A stretch of 64,000 nucleotides of DNA from Schizochytrium sp. TIO01 (Eukaryota > Protista > Bigyra: Labyrinthulomycetes): contig SMSO01000011.1 in NCBI GenBank assembly GCA_004764695.1, forward strand, positions 61,638 through 125,637. Direction: 5' to 3'. Position 1 is the stretch's first letter; every line of letters begins with the position of its first letter. Below the pieces are notes generated by a model. The model was given only the letters and a program-made list of their open reading frames with translations. It had not been told where the DNA came from and did no database searches. The position numbers were made by a program, and so were the translations under genes. This document shows, piece by piece, positions 18,369 through 30,250 of this stretch.

Positions 18369-20340
18369 CGCAGCAAGTAACGATCTATACCTTAACCAGT
18401 GAGCGCGTGCGTGTGCCTTTTCAGCTAAGCTCGTGGCACAGTCCCAGTCGTTGCAGAAGGTTTCGAACCTGCTGGACGTAAAGCTGCAAGTCGATGACAA
18501 GGGTTTTGCACATGGTCTGACTTACTGAGTTACTATGGTTTCCCCTAAGAAGGAGATGTTTTTTAGTGCTCTCGAAGTGAAAGGATATTTTACTATTGCG
18601 AACCTAACCTTGCCTACTCAGCCTCTGGTTCTGCATGTGCTGACCTCGCTCTTTCAAGACTATTCCTATTTCCTAAAGCCTACTCCTAGAATATGTTTTG
18701 CAGGGATGCTTGCTGCAGAGGTTCCACTACCACTCTCTCCTAATACTACCTATCTTGCACCTAAGTCGTCAAAAAAGTAAGTAAGTGACTATCAAATTAA
18801 TGATACGTATAAATCCATCATGCACCATCTCCTTAGCACATTCGATCATACCACGCGGGTAACACTTCATCTCATTCGCACTGAGAAGTAAAGTCGCGTA
18901 GGGCCGGGTCAGTAGTATGATAGGGGACTGCATGCGAAGCCCCGGTGTTGAATGTTTTTTCCTCCGTTTATTTTTTTACCTTTGCTTATCAACAAAGCAA
19001 CTCCAAGGTTACCAATATTGTTTTGCAGTTTTGTTTTGGTGAGTATCTAAATTTCCTCCAGCGCATACGACGGCAAGATTGCTCACTCGTTGAAGGGATT
19101 GACATTGTGTGTTTTAATTCAACTTAATTATTTGCACACACCATCGCAAAGTTTGCATATCAATCACCAATTGTAGGAGTCAAGGGTGCAAAGTCGGCGA
19201 GAGTGGCAGCATTTTGAATGCGATGCTTTACTGTGGCTTTCAACAATATTTTGGGGCTATATACTCCAGACAAAACCAACCACTCATGCTATAGTCAGCT
19301 TCTATCCAATATTCAGTATTGCATGTATCTCCTTTTACAAGCTGTTTGCCTTTTCTATACGTAGAAAATGAAATGATTCTTGCCTTTCCCCAAAAGAAAA
19401 GTCTTCCCATTTTTTATGCCAAAATATTCTTTGAAATTGTCGACACTACGGGGCACTCGCATCTCTGCTCCTGGGATCTTTAAATATTAACGACTCATTC
19501 AGTTTTCACTAAGCAAATATGTTTTCCGCTGCTGTTTTTCTCTCAAGTCAGGCAATTGCGCTAAAAAACATCGAAAACAATACATAATCGGAAAATGATT
19601 TGCTTAAGTAAATACTTTGGTTCGTTCGTCACTTTAAACAGGTCAGTGGGTACCTAGTACTGTCGTTCTAGCAAGTCTACTACTAGTTCAATAATTAGGC
19701 GTACTCAAAGCAAATCTTGAATGAAGAGTTTGGTTCATGTGAAACTCTGGCGCGGTACATGGGACTCTATTCATTGTTAAGCAAGTCGGGAGTGAGAGGA
19801 CCTGCTGAAATGCCCGTGTGTGCAAGCCCCCCTCGTCGCCGGTCTATCTTCTTCCCTGCTGCTTCGAACTCAGGAGATTGGACTCCTTCTTGAGAACTTA
19901 CCTGTTCAACACTGCTGAAAACTCTGCCTCAGCCGCCGCTTTTGAGAGGTCTTCTCTCATCGTTCAGAAACGGAATTCTCTACAAAACGCTGAAGAAAGC
20001 GTCACTGAGTTTGTACACTCGGGGCATCTGTTGCGCAACACTAATTAATAAGACTGCTGTGAAGTCTCAGCAGAGAGAGAGTTGATGATGGAAAGGTGTT
20101 GCTTTAAGCTTTCTCCTATTCTTGAGGGCAACTCCACTACTGACAGAAATACAATTCTTATGGAGCATCGAGTCAGAGCGGCAGGGACACAAAGTCTTTT
20201 CGTACGGCACCGAAGCACCACTAATCATGAAATGAGGACAGGTCAAAGAACTAGTCAGAAGACTATCGAAACGCCTGGAAAACCAGACCGAGAAGGTGTC
20301 CAAAAGATCCTTGAAAAGATGGATGGATGGACGGGGTACT

Positions 20341-21724
20341 AAAGCATGTAAAATTTCTTGGAAAGGCTTTCTCGGAAAAGAAGTTGTCCCTAGGCTATTG
20401 AATTACGGCCTTCGAGAAGCTATAGTTACGACTGCTTTCTAGAATCTTTTCCATGCTGGTTGTGATACTTGCACATTACATCTTGGCCAAGGTGAGTACA
20501 AGATATTTCTAAGTATTTTGCGTCAGGAAGGTGTTCCTTTAGCTGCCTGTGACTTTCTATATCATAAACATGTTGGCGAGACCAAGTTGCCTATGAGTAC
20601 GAATCCGGCTGATATTGACCAACCTTCCTTCTTCAACACGGACGGGCTTGACAAGGATATGGCTCAGAAGCTACAGCGAGCATGCACCAATTACATCGAA
20701 TGCAGACCAAAAGCTGCGGAGGGCGAGCAAACGTGGCTTCGGAGCGTGTCAGGCGCTGAGGTCGTGAATCGTGGAACTTGAACACTGGATGAGGAAACAG
20801 GATTTGTGGAATGGCCCAATATGGCCAGGGCAGACAAGATTGGGGTGACAAAGGTGGTGTGGGAGAGTGAAGAGGAATTTGCTGTGGATAGCTCCATGTA
20901 CGTGGTCACCTTGCCACGGTCTTTTCCAGGAATGGTTAATCGTCCTGGAGCAAATATTTTATTCTTTAGAAATGAAGATATTGGTCTTATGAAGGCGTGG
21001 TGAAAATATGAAAATTCAGTCGTTATTGGCGATCCAGGTATCTCAAAGTCTTGGCACCTTTGGAAGTACGTAGTGGTGGTATTTAACCCAGAAGTGTGGT
21101 GTGTTCTTGGTGAAGACCTATCAGTGCTTCCAGAGCCACAAATTTTCACGTTTTGGTGGAATGGAGCAGCCGTCAGCGTTGGCGCATTCTTCTTGTCACT
21201 AGAGGTGGGTTCAAGACAAGTTTGTCGAGTTGAGAGGGACATCGCAATTAGTGTATCTGCGCTCAGGCCTGTTTCTCATAATGGTAATATACAAAGAAAT
21301 TTATGACCCAGAGGCCTCGATGCAGGAAGTACCTGCAGTTCGAGGAATACCATGCGTTGCTGCCTGCTCTCCAGATACGCAGCGCTACAAAGCGTTTTGT
21401 AAACATTATGATGCAAAGCAGCTTTATGTGTCATGCCCAACACATAATGAACGACTTACGATGGGATCGAGTCTTGTATCTTTAGCTGAATGCTTGCACT
21501 TTACTCCAACACAGGTTCTTAAACGTAAGTCCAGAGTTGGCCCATATTTGTGGTTAATGTTCACTCCCAGTCTGGGGTTCGAACAGTATTCCAACAAGAT
21601 TCAAGACAAAGTTAGCACTATGGAAGAATCGGAGGTATTAAAGATTCTAACAAGGCTCCGCCTCGAGACTCACTCACAAGAGGATCATTTGACGCACACG
21701 CTAGGCAATGGAGAGGCTATTTAG
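20341..21724 (+). pseudogene. Degraded Crinkler/RHS (CR)-type P-loop NTPase
   Basis: One frame runs through in-frame stops (TGA at 20779 and 21001) into VVIGDPGISKSWHLWKY, a Walker A of the GxPGIGKS type. After a frameshift near 21280 it continues CVAACSPDTQRYKAFCKH..KQLYVSCPT and RVGPYL, resembling the SP..RY..F.K..Y and GP/GG motifs of CRN/RHS NTPases. The 5' limit is uncertain. Confidence 0.6.
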
Positions 21725-21744
21725 GTGCTCTCGCAAATGAGTAC

Positions 21745-22624
21745 ATGAAGTTTGCCTATGAAGAGCATCTAGGGAGATCTCCCCATCTTGGTGATGATTA
21801 CTCGTCGTCGTATGGTTTTGCTAGAGAACAACTTACAGGTGGCATTTGCTTGCAACTCTGGCGGCGGCACAATGATGATGTACTATCAAATGGGACACCG
21901 CCACCCTGTAAAAAAATATTACCGAAGTTATGCAGTGTTTGGAATCGCCACATGGGAAATGTTGATATTGTTCGGAAGATAGTCGAAGGTTGAAGGCAGC
22001 GTACTAGTCAACTGAAGCCTGCGGCTATAATCTGGCTTACTTACGTCGACTACACACTATATAATACATTCCGTGTATATCAACTTGCGCGTCTTGAAGC
22101 TTCTAATCCATATGCAAAATCCTTTGATGCATGGCAGACAGCTAGGAAAACACCACATCATTTGTAGTGTTCTTAGAAGATTTGCACAAAGGCATGTGTT
22201 ATCGATTTTATGAGCATAATCAATTCCCGCTTTCCGTAAATGGTATTATTGTTGCTGCGAATCCCAATTCTGCGATTGTATCATCACCCCAAAGCGAAGA
22301 CTATGAAGAATCATCGAAATACGTAACAAAAACAGTCATACTTAACCTGCTTCAAGGTTTGAAAAACAATATACACAATAAGCACACTCTATCACGCAAT
22401 CAAGCTTATGGTACCCCTGTGGCAAGGAGGACATGTATTGTTGGTGCGAGAAAAGTCAGGATCACGTCTCTCGACGAGGGAGATCTACTACCAAGGAGTG
22501 CAAAGGCTGTGAGATACATCCAGGTCTATTTGCTGCATTCTGCAAAAAGCGCTTCGATATATTTCGCGAATTAGAGGCTAAGTGTATATCCAATGTACAT
22601 TTTTCATTTCTGAAGGAATTTTAA
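21745..22624 (+). mobile_element. piggyBac-like transposase remnant (C-terminal part, stops and frameshifts)
   Basis: WNRHMGNVDIV matches the piggyBac YN..MGGVD..D motif. Downstream RRTC..C(W)C...GRSTTKECKGCE...FCKKRFDIF matches the piggyBac cysteine-rich C-terminal domain. Confidence 0.6.
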
Positions 22625-23145
22625 AGGTGCTCCCAGAAGTCAAATAGTAAAATTTATGTAGAATCCAATTATCCCGAAGCTTTGTTAAGTATCCCCGGTA
22701 CGACCGTTTCACGATACAAGTTTGAAACTAATTAAGGATAACATGGTGTTTTTGTCTACATAAAACGTAGAAAAAAGAGCTATTTTTAATCAGACTTAGA
22801 CCGATTGATTTCGTTCAAAGCTAGAATCGAAAATTCCAATTATTCATCATCACCTTTATTTTAGAGCTCGGGGCTTGAAGATGATGTTCTTCAAGGCTAG
22901 AACTAGCAATCTGACACAGAAATTTCAAGAATCTGCGCCTGAAAATCAGAAATTTGTGGTGTATAGATCTGGCTACCTTTTTGTAACCACCTTTTTACGA
23001 TATTCAGGGCTATTCTATTCGAACTTGCAAATTGGGGACCCTGAGTGTTGTTACAGGGTTCAATAATCTCATTCTCAGACCCTAAAACAGTCAAAACTCC
23101 AAAATAAGAACACCGAAAATAAAACACAAAAATTAAAAACCCGCA

Positions 23146-23217
23146 AGCTTCGACCGGGAATCGAACCCGGGACCTTGAGATTACGAATCACACGCACTAC
23201 CGCTGTGCTATCGAAGC
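23146..23217 (-). tRNA. tRNA-Thr(CGU)
   Basis: GCTTCGATAGCACAGCGGTAGTGCGTGTGATTCGTAATCTCAAGGTCCCGGGTTCGATTCCCGGTCGAAGCT: 7-bp acceptor stem, TTCGATT T-loop, anticodon CGT, downstream oligo-T. Confidence 0.93.
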
Positions 23218-23534
23218 AGAATGGTGGCACCATAGCACGAAAATAGAAACGTCATCAAAAACCAAAACGTTCAGGAGTGACAGCAAAATGTTTAATCGAT
23301 GTTTCCAGTAATTCAAAAGCGAGGCTCTAGTAGTTCCAATGTCAACCTCAAATCGAGCAAAGTACTTTCTGTATTTAAACACTAAGGTAGGTAGCAAACC
23401 CTTTCAAATTCAAGGTTGGCTGCAGTTTTTACTTGGGCCAAAACAAAGTTAGATTATGAGCTTATTTAGGGTGAAAAAATTCCAATAATGAGGTGAGGTA
23501 TTAAAGTCAAACTTTTTATTTTAAAAAAAATAAA

Positions 23535-23606
23535 AGCTTCGACCGGGAATCGAACCCGGGACCTTGAGATTACGAATCACACGCACTGCCGCTGTGCTAT
23601 CGAAGC
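23535..23606 (-). tRNA. tRNA-Thr(CGU), second copy
   Basis: Identical to the first copy except one D-loop base; followed by an oligo-T Pol III terminator. Confidence 0.93.
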
Positions 23607-23966
23607 TTCTTTTTGTTGGATGTAACTGAAGAATGTTGTGGATTAATATAAATATTCTGTTAGTATTAAGCTCACCCACGAAGACAGAGAAGAAGAGAAG
23701 AGAAATAGAGAATGAAAAGGGGTAAAAACAAAATGAAGAAAAAGTCCGTTATGAGATACGTCTTGTTCAGAGAATGGATGCCAATTAGTCTCAACATTAT
23801 TGTGTGCAAAGATAAGTAGATGCTTGCTACCTGAAGAACAGCGTTCAAGGTACGAGTTTATGGAACTGCGTTACGTAGAAGAGTGGACAAACTCATAAAA
23901 CAGGCTATGAGGTTCTGGCGTAAGGCTGAGGTTACATTCTTGAAATTGTAAAGAGCTCCTTCTACG

Positions 23967-26396
23967 ATGGAGTCGCTCGTGGAATTCCTGGATGACGAGC
24001 TCACCCAAGGTTTGTATGAGCGAAGACAAGAAGAGATTGCACGATCAGTAGGGCCCTCGTTGTACCTTGATGAATGTGATGCCTTTGTGGCCATGCTACC
24101 TCTTCTAGAGCTTCGTGAGGCTCCACAAGCATTGCAACGTATCCAGGTCTTAGAAGCTCGAACTCCGCACGCCAAGGCCCGATACGAAGCATCTGTAGGG
24201 AAGGTTCTTGTAGTTTTGGCAGAGCTTCTAAGCGGGCGCAAAGACATTGCTACAGCTAGTGCACAAGTCCTTACCCGCTTTGCGCAGCAGGACGATGGTT
24301 GGGTGGGAGCTCTTTTTACAAGGTATGATGCCATGAATCTCGTCAATTCAGCTGTAGCTCATGTAGTAAACAATATCAAAAGCAACGACGTAGATGGAGA
24401 CGGGAGAATAAGCTCTGCGGAATATGAAAGAGCCCGTGCGTCATCCAATGCTGCTTGCGATGTAGTTGCTCTAATGGAACTGGTCCAGGTGCTTGCAATT
24501 CACCGGGAGAACGCTCTAAGCCTTACTCGAGCGAATGTGCCAAACTTACTCGTTGAAGTAGTCTCTCGCGTTGTTGACTTTCGCAAGGATGAAATACGAT
24601 TTATGGTTCAAATTCTCTGGAGTGTACTTGAGCATTCCTCTGAAAGACTCGACGGATGTGTGGCTGGAACACGAATGCAGCTCTTGGACAAGTTCCGCCA
24701 TGCAAACGCTTTGTGTCGCCTTGGGAATCTTAGTGCTATCAGCATGTTATGTTCATTACTTGAACGAATGTTGCTGGAAGGTCATAGACTTGACGATAAG
24801 AGACTTCGCAATGAGGTTCTTATCATTGCAACACAATTGGCGTCTCGTGCCCCAAATCGTGCATTGTTTAAGTCTTCTGGGTTGTTATCTCTTGTACTGT
24901 TATATGCTTCCGCAGCAGAAAATGAGCTTCCTACAGGTTGCGATACCAGGCATTTTGCAACCGCAGATCCTCTGGACATGGAGTTTAAGCTTCTTACTTG
25001 GTATGCTGTGCGCTATTTGGCCAACTCGGACGAGTGCCGCCCCGTAATAAACGAGGCACTTTATATGGAAACATTACGGGGCTATATCGTTCCAGACCCA
25101 TTGCCGCAGCGTATCAAGGGATCCCCGTACTCGCTAAGCCAACGCTGTCTGCTGCGTACGCATGCTTTGCGCATTCTCGCATCTTTGGGACCAGTGAAGG
25201 AAGACCAGGAGGCTGTTCTTGAGGTTCTTCGCTGCACAGTCTCAAACCAAACTGGTGAGGATAGAACAAGTGATGGAAAAGCTCAAGAAATCTCACGGGA
25301 GAAACTAATTGTAGATTGTCTTCAAATTTTGCTGCACTGCAAAGAGATGCCAGATAATTTGAGTGTTGTTGCAAATATATTGGTAAGGCTTGTATGTACC
25401 TCCAATTCCATGTCAGTTCGTGAAAGTGCCGCGCTAGCTCTAACACGGATGGGTGTAGCTGTCTCCCAATTCTTGCGTGAGTGTAATGGTATACATGCTG
25501 TGAGCAATGTGCTACTCTCTCCGAATCGGAATGATCTTCATCATCAAGAGACTTGTGTAATTGCTGGCTTAGCGTGTGCTCACGCTTGCATTATTGATGA
25601 CCCACTCTCAGAGCGTCTCTTCATTGATGATGCTGACGGTATCGAACGTCTGCTGGACCTTATTGATGGATCAGTCATTCAGGTTCAGGCTCAAGCACTT
25701 GCTCTACTTGCAGATCTTCTTGCTAATAATGCATATGCAGTACCAATTGTTATGCACTACAAGTCAACTGCAAGTAAAACTGACGCAATTTCATTGATTC
25801 TTGATCTTTGGGTTTCTGGGTCTTGTACTGATGCTCTCATTACTGATTTACAGAAGCCTCTTCAGGAGCCAGGATGCTCACAGCAGGGCTCTTCTGGACC
25901 TCGCACTCGCTTACTGCAAGCTCTCCGCGATGCCCAGGCTCTCATGTTAGCCCAAGATCAAAGGCAAGTGCTTAGTGCCGGAGAAAGTATCGACATCAGG
26001 GAGAGGATTTTCGCAATATTTGATAGTCTCACATTGGAGGATTATCCTCAGGTTATCGATGAGCTTTCCAACCAGCGACGGGTTATTCTTGTTCTTGCAC
26101 AACAATACAAAGCCTTTAGGGAAGGTGAACAATGGTTCAAACTTCAAGAGAAATTGTCAGAGGCACGGGTGCGCCCTATCTACTATGACCGTGTTGTCAT
26201 CGATAAGAAGATCAATGATGCTGTGGAAAGAGCTGATAGTGCGCGAAAAGCTCAGCTACTATATTGCGAAGCCGAGGAGAAGCTTCTGGAGAGTCAAGAC
26301 CGCGAATTTTATAATGGAATCGAAATCAAACAAAGGCAGCGTCTCGCCTTGATGCAGCTCAAAGCCGCAAGTGCTGGGAAAATGACCAAAAGTTAG
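23967..26396 (+). CDS. CFAP69: ARM-repeat protein, cilia- and flagella-associated protein 69-like (809 aa)
   Basis: Long intact helical-repeat ORF. Segments EGHRLDDKRLRNEVLIIA and DMEFKLLTW and the C-terminal GEQW..L...L VRP..D..coiled coil resemble CFAP69 as I remember it; not checked by search. Confidence 0.65.
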   Translation: MESLVEFLDDELTQGLYERRQEEIARSVGPSLYLDECDAFVAMLPLLELREAPQALQRIQVLEARTPHAKARYEASVGKVLVVLAELLSGRKDIATASAQVLTRFAQQDDGWVGALFTRYDAMNLVNSAVAHVVNNIKSNDVDGDGRISSAEYERARASSNAACDVVALMELVQVLAIHRENALSLTRANVPNLLVEVVSRVVDFRKDEIRFMVQILWSVLEHSSERLDGCVAGTRMQLLDKFRHANALCRLGNLSAISMLCSLLERMLLEGHRLDDKRLRNEVLIIATQLASRAPNRALFKSSGLLSLVLLYASAAENELPTGCDTRHFATADPLDMEFKLLTWYAVRYLANSDECRPVINEALYMETLRGYIVPDPLPQRIKGSPYSLSQRCLLRTHALRILASLGPVKEDQEAVLEVLRCTVSNQTGEDRTSDGKAQEISREKLIVDCLQILLHCKEMPDNLSVVANILVRLVCTSNSMSVRESAALALTRMGVAVSQFLRECNGIHAVSNVLLSPNRNDLHHQETCVIAGLACAHACIIDDPLSERLFIDDADGIERLLDLIDGSVIQVQAQALALLADLLANNAYAVPIVMHYKSTASKTDAISLILDLWVSGSCTDALITDLQKPLQEPGCSQQGSSGPRTRLLQALRDAQALMLAQDQRQVLSAGESIDIRERIFAIFDSLTLEDYPQVIDELSNQRRVILVLAQQYKAFREGEQWFKLQEKLSEARVRPIYYDRVVIDKKINDAVERADSARKAQLLYCEAEEKLLESQDREFYNGIEIKQRQRLALMQLKAASAGKMTKS

Positions 26397-26916
26397 TCAC
26401 ACATGCGAAAAAAAATTATTCATGAAAATGAAAACTGAAGATAGAACCTTGAAGGTAAGGGACCAAAACATGGCATTGATCGAGATAAATTTACCATGGG
26501 GCAATTGTTGCAAGCATCAAATATAGCAATCAATATATTTGTAAGTTTTTAAAACATTAAATTTCAAACCTTTATCTAAGTGCATCCTACTTTAAACTTT
26601 TTCCCTCTAACAACTTGAAGTAAGAAAGCTAAGAACAGGTTTTGGTAAAAAAGAAAAACACCAATGAATAGAAGGAGATAAAAATGATTTCCATTAAAAG
26701 AGAGTTGATTTCTAGAACTGGAACTTGATCTTGATACTAAGCTGCCATGGAATTGTCAGGGCGATTGTGCTGATACCTATTTGTTTTCTCTACAGAGAAG
26801 ATGGGGAGCTTCAAACCCCTTTTCTGGAAAAGAAAAAAGAAAAGGAGGATGTGAAACCCATCGATATGGGCCTTCTTGCACATCACATCTTCAGGATGAT
26901 GTATATAAGACTATAT

Positions 26917-28854
26917 CTACTTGCGGTTAGTGATGTACTTGAGAAGATCTACACGAGACACAACACCCGTGATGAAAGAACGCTCCTCAGATTTACCTGC
27001 AGGGCCGTGCAACGTCTGGGTCTGTACTACTAAAGCAAAGTGATCATTGTTGAAGATATGAGATAGGTCGCACAGCTTTGTGGCGTTAGTAACACGTTTG
27101 AAATTTTTGTACAACGCCTTTTCGACCTTATCGTCAGAGTTCACCTGGTGGCGGAGGAGCATCGAGTTCATATTACCGGCAGTAACAACGCCAAGAATGG
27201 AACCATTCTCGGCCACAACAGGGAGTTGGTCAAATGCTTTGGACTCTAGAATCTCCACAGCTTCGCGAACAGTGACGTCTGGAGTAATGGTGCACGGTGT
27301 CGATGGTTCGAGCTCAGCTACGGTGTCAAGTGACCACCATTCATTCTGATCCGCCGTATCAGATGAAGACATGTATCCATTCTCGATCATCCATCCGTCA
27401 TCGAGAAATTTAGTCATGTAGTTGCGGACCGAGTCAGGGAGGATGACAACACAGCGCTGGCCTTCTCCGAGCTGTTTCGCAGCGCGAAGAGCAGCAGCAA
27501 CGGCAGATCCACACGACCCACCGCAAAGAAGGCCTTCTTCACGAATTAGTCGGCGGGCTGTCAAGAAGGACTCCTTGTCTTCAGTCTTGATCCACTCATC
27601 CACCAAGGATCGGTCCAACACATCTGGGATGAAATCATAACCGATGCCTTCGACCTTGTATGACTTAAGCCTATCTTTGTCATTAAGAGAATCCGGCACA
27701 GCAAGGATCGAACCTACCGGATCTACACCGACAATCTTGATTCCAGGAATTTTCTCCTTGAGCTTTCGAGCAATGCCAGTGATGGTACCTCCCGTACCAG
27801 CGCTAATGACAGCCATGTCAATTTTGCCACCAGTTTGACGAATAAGCTCCTCAGCAGTACCATCATAATGTGCTTGGGGGTTGGAGGGGTTCGCGTATTG
27901 ATCAAGGATGTGCGAGTTGGGAATTTCTTCGTTGAGCCGGCGAGCTACACTAATATGGGATTCAGGAGAATCATACGCAGCCTCTGTTGGTGTACGAATG
28001 ATCTCTGCGCCCAAGGCTCTGAGAACATCGACCTTCTCCTTGCTCATTTTCTCAGGCAACGTAATGATCATTTTGTATCCTTTGATCGCCGCTGCTAAAG
28101 CGAGGCCAATGCCAGTATTTCCAGAGGTAGGCTCGATCAGAGTGTCGCCTGGCTTAATACGACCGCTCTTTTCAGCATCTTCAATCATGCGCAGTCCAAT
28201 TCGATCCTTAACCGAACCTCCGCTGTTGAAGAACTCGCACTTAGCAAGGAGCTCGCACTTCAGACCATCATTTGGGCCTACACGGTTGAGTCGTACCAAA
28301 GGAGTCCGGCCAACGTTGTCGAGGATTGTGTTCATAATCACCTCATCCACGGGCTTGGTCCGTGCTTCATCATTGCTGTTTACCACGCGTCATGCATCAT
28401 GCGTCATGCGTCATGTAAAACGAAAACCAATACGAAAATCTCGCGACCATCATGTGCGCATATTTTTAATGATTCCCATCAAATCGATCGGCAGCGTCCA
28501 ATACAATTGTCCCGGGCACACATATGATTTCAATGAGTCATGATTAGTGGTTTTATATGTTTTTCATGGTTTTGTCCCATCGGGAAGACCATTCCAAGAG
28601 TAATCGTTCCGCGTCAGTTTTCTGTTTTGAATATACACTACTGAGATTAATCCCGGCACCCTTTTCCAATCACATTCTCACCCCTCCTTTCATCTACTTT
28701 CCTCGTGATTCTCCTTTTATTTTGTAGGTGCTTTGTGCAAGATCGTCTCCTTCGCCGTGCGCTGGTTTCATTAATCTCCATCGTCCAGGGTCTCTCCTAC
28801 GGGCGGTAGCAAGCATCGCTGCGTTCGCTTGCAGTTCCCTACTTACCTCGCCAT
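26917..28854 (-). CDS. CBS: Cystathionine beta-synthase (~488 aa; exon 1 28847-28854, intron 28376-28846, exon 2 26917-28375)
   Basis: PLP-lysine motif [46 protein letters not shown] and C-terminal CBS domains. The ORF-track start is a GTG two codons after a stop. The splice ATGGCGAG|GTAAGT...AAACAG|CAATGAT gives an in-frame [10 protein letters not shown] start. Confidence 0.95.
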
Positions 28855-29028
28855 CGCGCTGTCTTATCGCGCTCGTTCTTGCTGCCGCCTTGACTTCTAT
28901 TTCCACCAAGCCTTGCGCCTCGAAACGTTTTGGAATTGAAAGCTGTTTGAATTGGATCCCAAAATCCATCCCATTCGAAGAATCTTTTTTCCGTCCGCTT
29001 CAACAACAACAAAGAACTACCTACCTAC

Positions 29029-29061
<33 letters not shown>

Positions 29062-29586
29062 AAGCTACTACTACTATTAAAACTGGAAAAGCTTCATCGA
29101 CCTTATGAAGATCCCGGGAAGAACTTTTTGGGGCAAGAACTTGAAAAACTCCAGAAAGAGGCTTTAGGACGAGCGGGTGCCACTTCTCTCGTTGCAATTA
29201 AACGTGTGATGCCTTGGTTGTCCTCAGCACTAATCTACGTATATGCAGTAAGCGTCAGCGCGTGACCTATATACATAATAACATTTGGCTCAATCTTCAA
29301 ACCTGCGCATGAAATAACAAACAACAACTGCTACTATATACTACCTACCTAGGTTTCTTACTGACTAATGCATGAGAAAACTTTCAAAATTAATTAAACT
29401 GAATGAAATAAAGGAGAAACGAATTTGAAGAAGCAGAAGAAAGAAGAAAGGAATCGATTTAAAGAAATCGACTCGAGCTGACTCTGCTGTTTGCACATAG
29501 CTTGACTGCACGAGCATCCTTGCAGGTATTACGCCAGTGCATTTCTCTTGCATTGTACTCCTATAGCTTCTTTTGTTCATCCCCTC

Positions 29587-29686
29587 TAAACAAACAAACA
29601 AACAAACAAACAAACAAACAAACAAACAAACAAACAAACAAACAAACAAACAAACAAACAAACGAACAAACAATCAAACAAACAAA
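29587..29686. repeat. (CAAA)n microsatellite
   Basis: About 20 or more CAAA units. Confidence 0.95.
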
Positions 29687-30132
29687 TTGGTTATAAGATT
29701 TTAACCTCCTGCTACTCATTAGATAGGTACTGCTAGGTGTCAGATTCTTCTTGAAAGCGTGGCGGAATTCTCTTCAATCTTGAAGCCTGATGTTTTTGCT
29801 TCATCGGCTTCGACGTTTCGACGTTTCGTTGTTCCGTCGCTTCGTCGCTTCGCTTCTTCCATCATCCTTTCGAGTTCTTCCTGTCTCGACCCGGCCTCTT
29901 TTGCGTCCCGTCCTTATCACCTGAAGCGCCTTCTGAGAACAACCCTCACCTCCATTGCTAAAGACAATTCCTCTCAAACTGTTTGTTTACTTCAACTTTG
30001 CAGCACATCTTCTTCTTCAAACGGCCAGAGTGGCCTTCATCACCAAACAAACCCACGTGAAAACGTGGTCCCAGGTATCGATGCTCCAATGGGGCTGTGA
30101 AAATCTGACTGTCTGCCTCTCGCTGTCCCAAA

Positions 30133-30250
30133 CAGAGACAGAGTCAGAGTTAGAGTCAGAGTCAGAGACAGAGTCAGAGACAGAGATAGAGAAAGAGTCA
30201 GAGACAGTGACAGAGACAGAGACAGTGACAGAGACAGAGACAGAGACAGA
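30133..30250. repeat. (GAGACA/GAGTCA)n degenerate hexamer repeat
   Basis: Visible low-complexity run. Confidence 0.85.

Noticed and set aside
18300-18500. 66-aa ORF as an independent gene
   Set aside because: Its 3' part is exon 1 of the LRR gene; the ORF's stop codon lies inside the GTAAGT donor.
28694-28969. 91-aa minus-strand ORF as a gene
   Set aside because: It overlaps the CBS 5' UTR, micro-exon and intron, and has no domain features.
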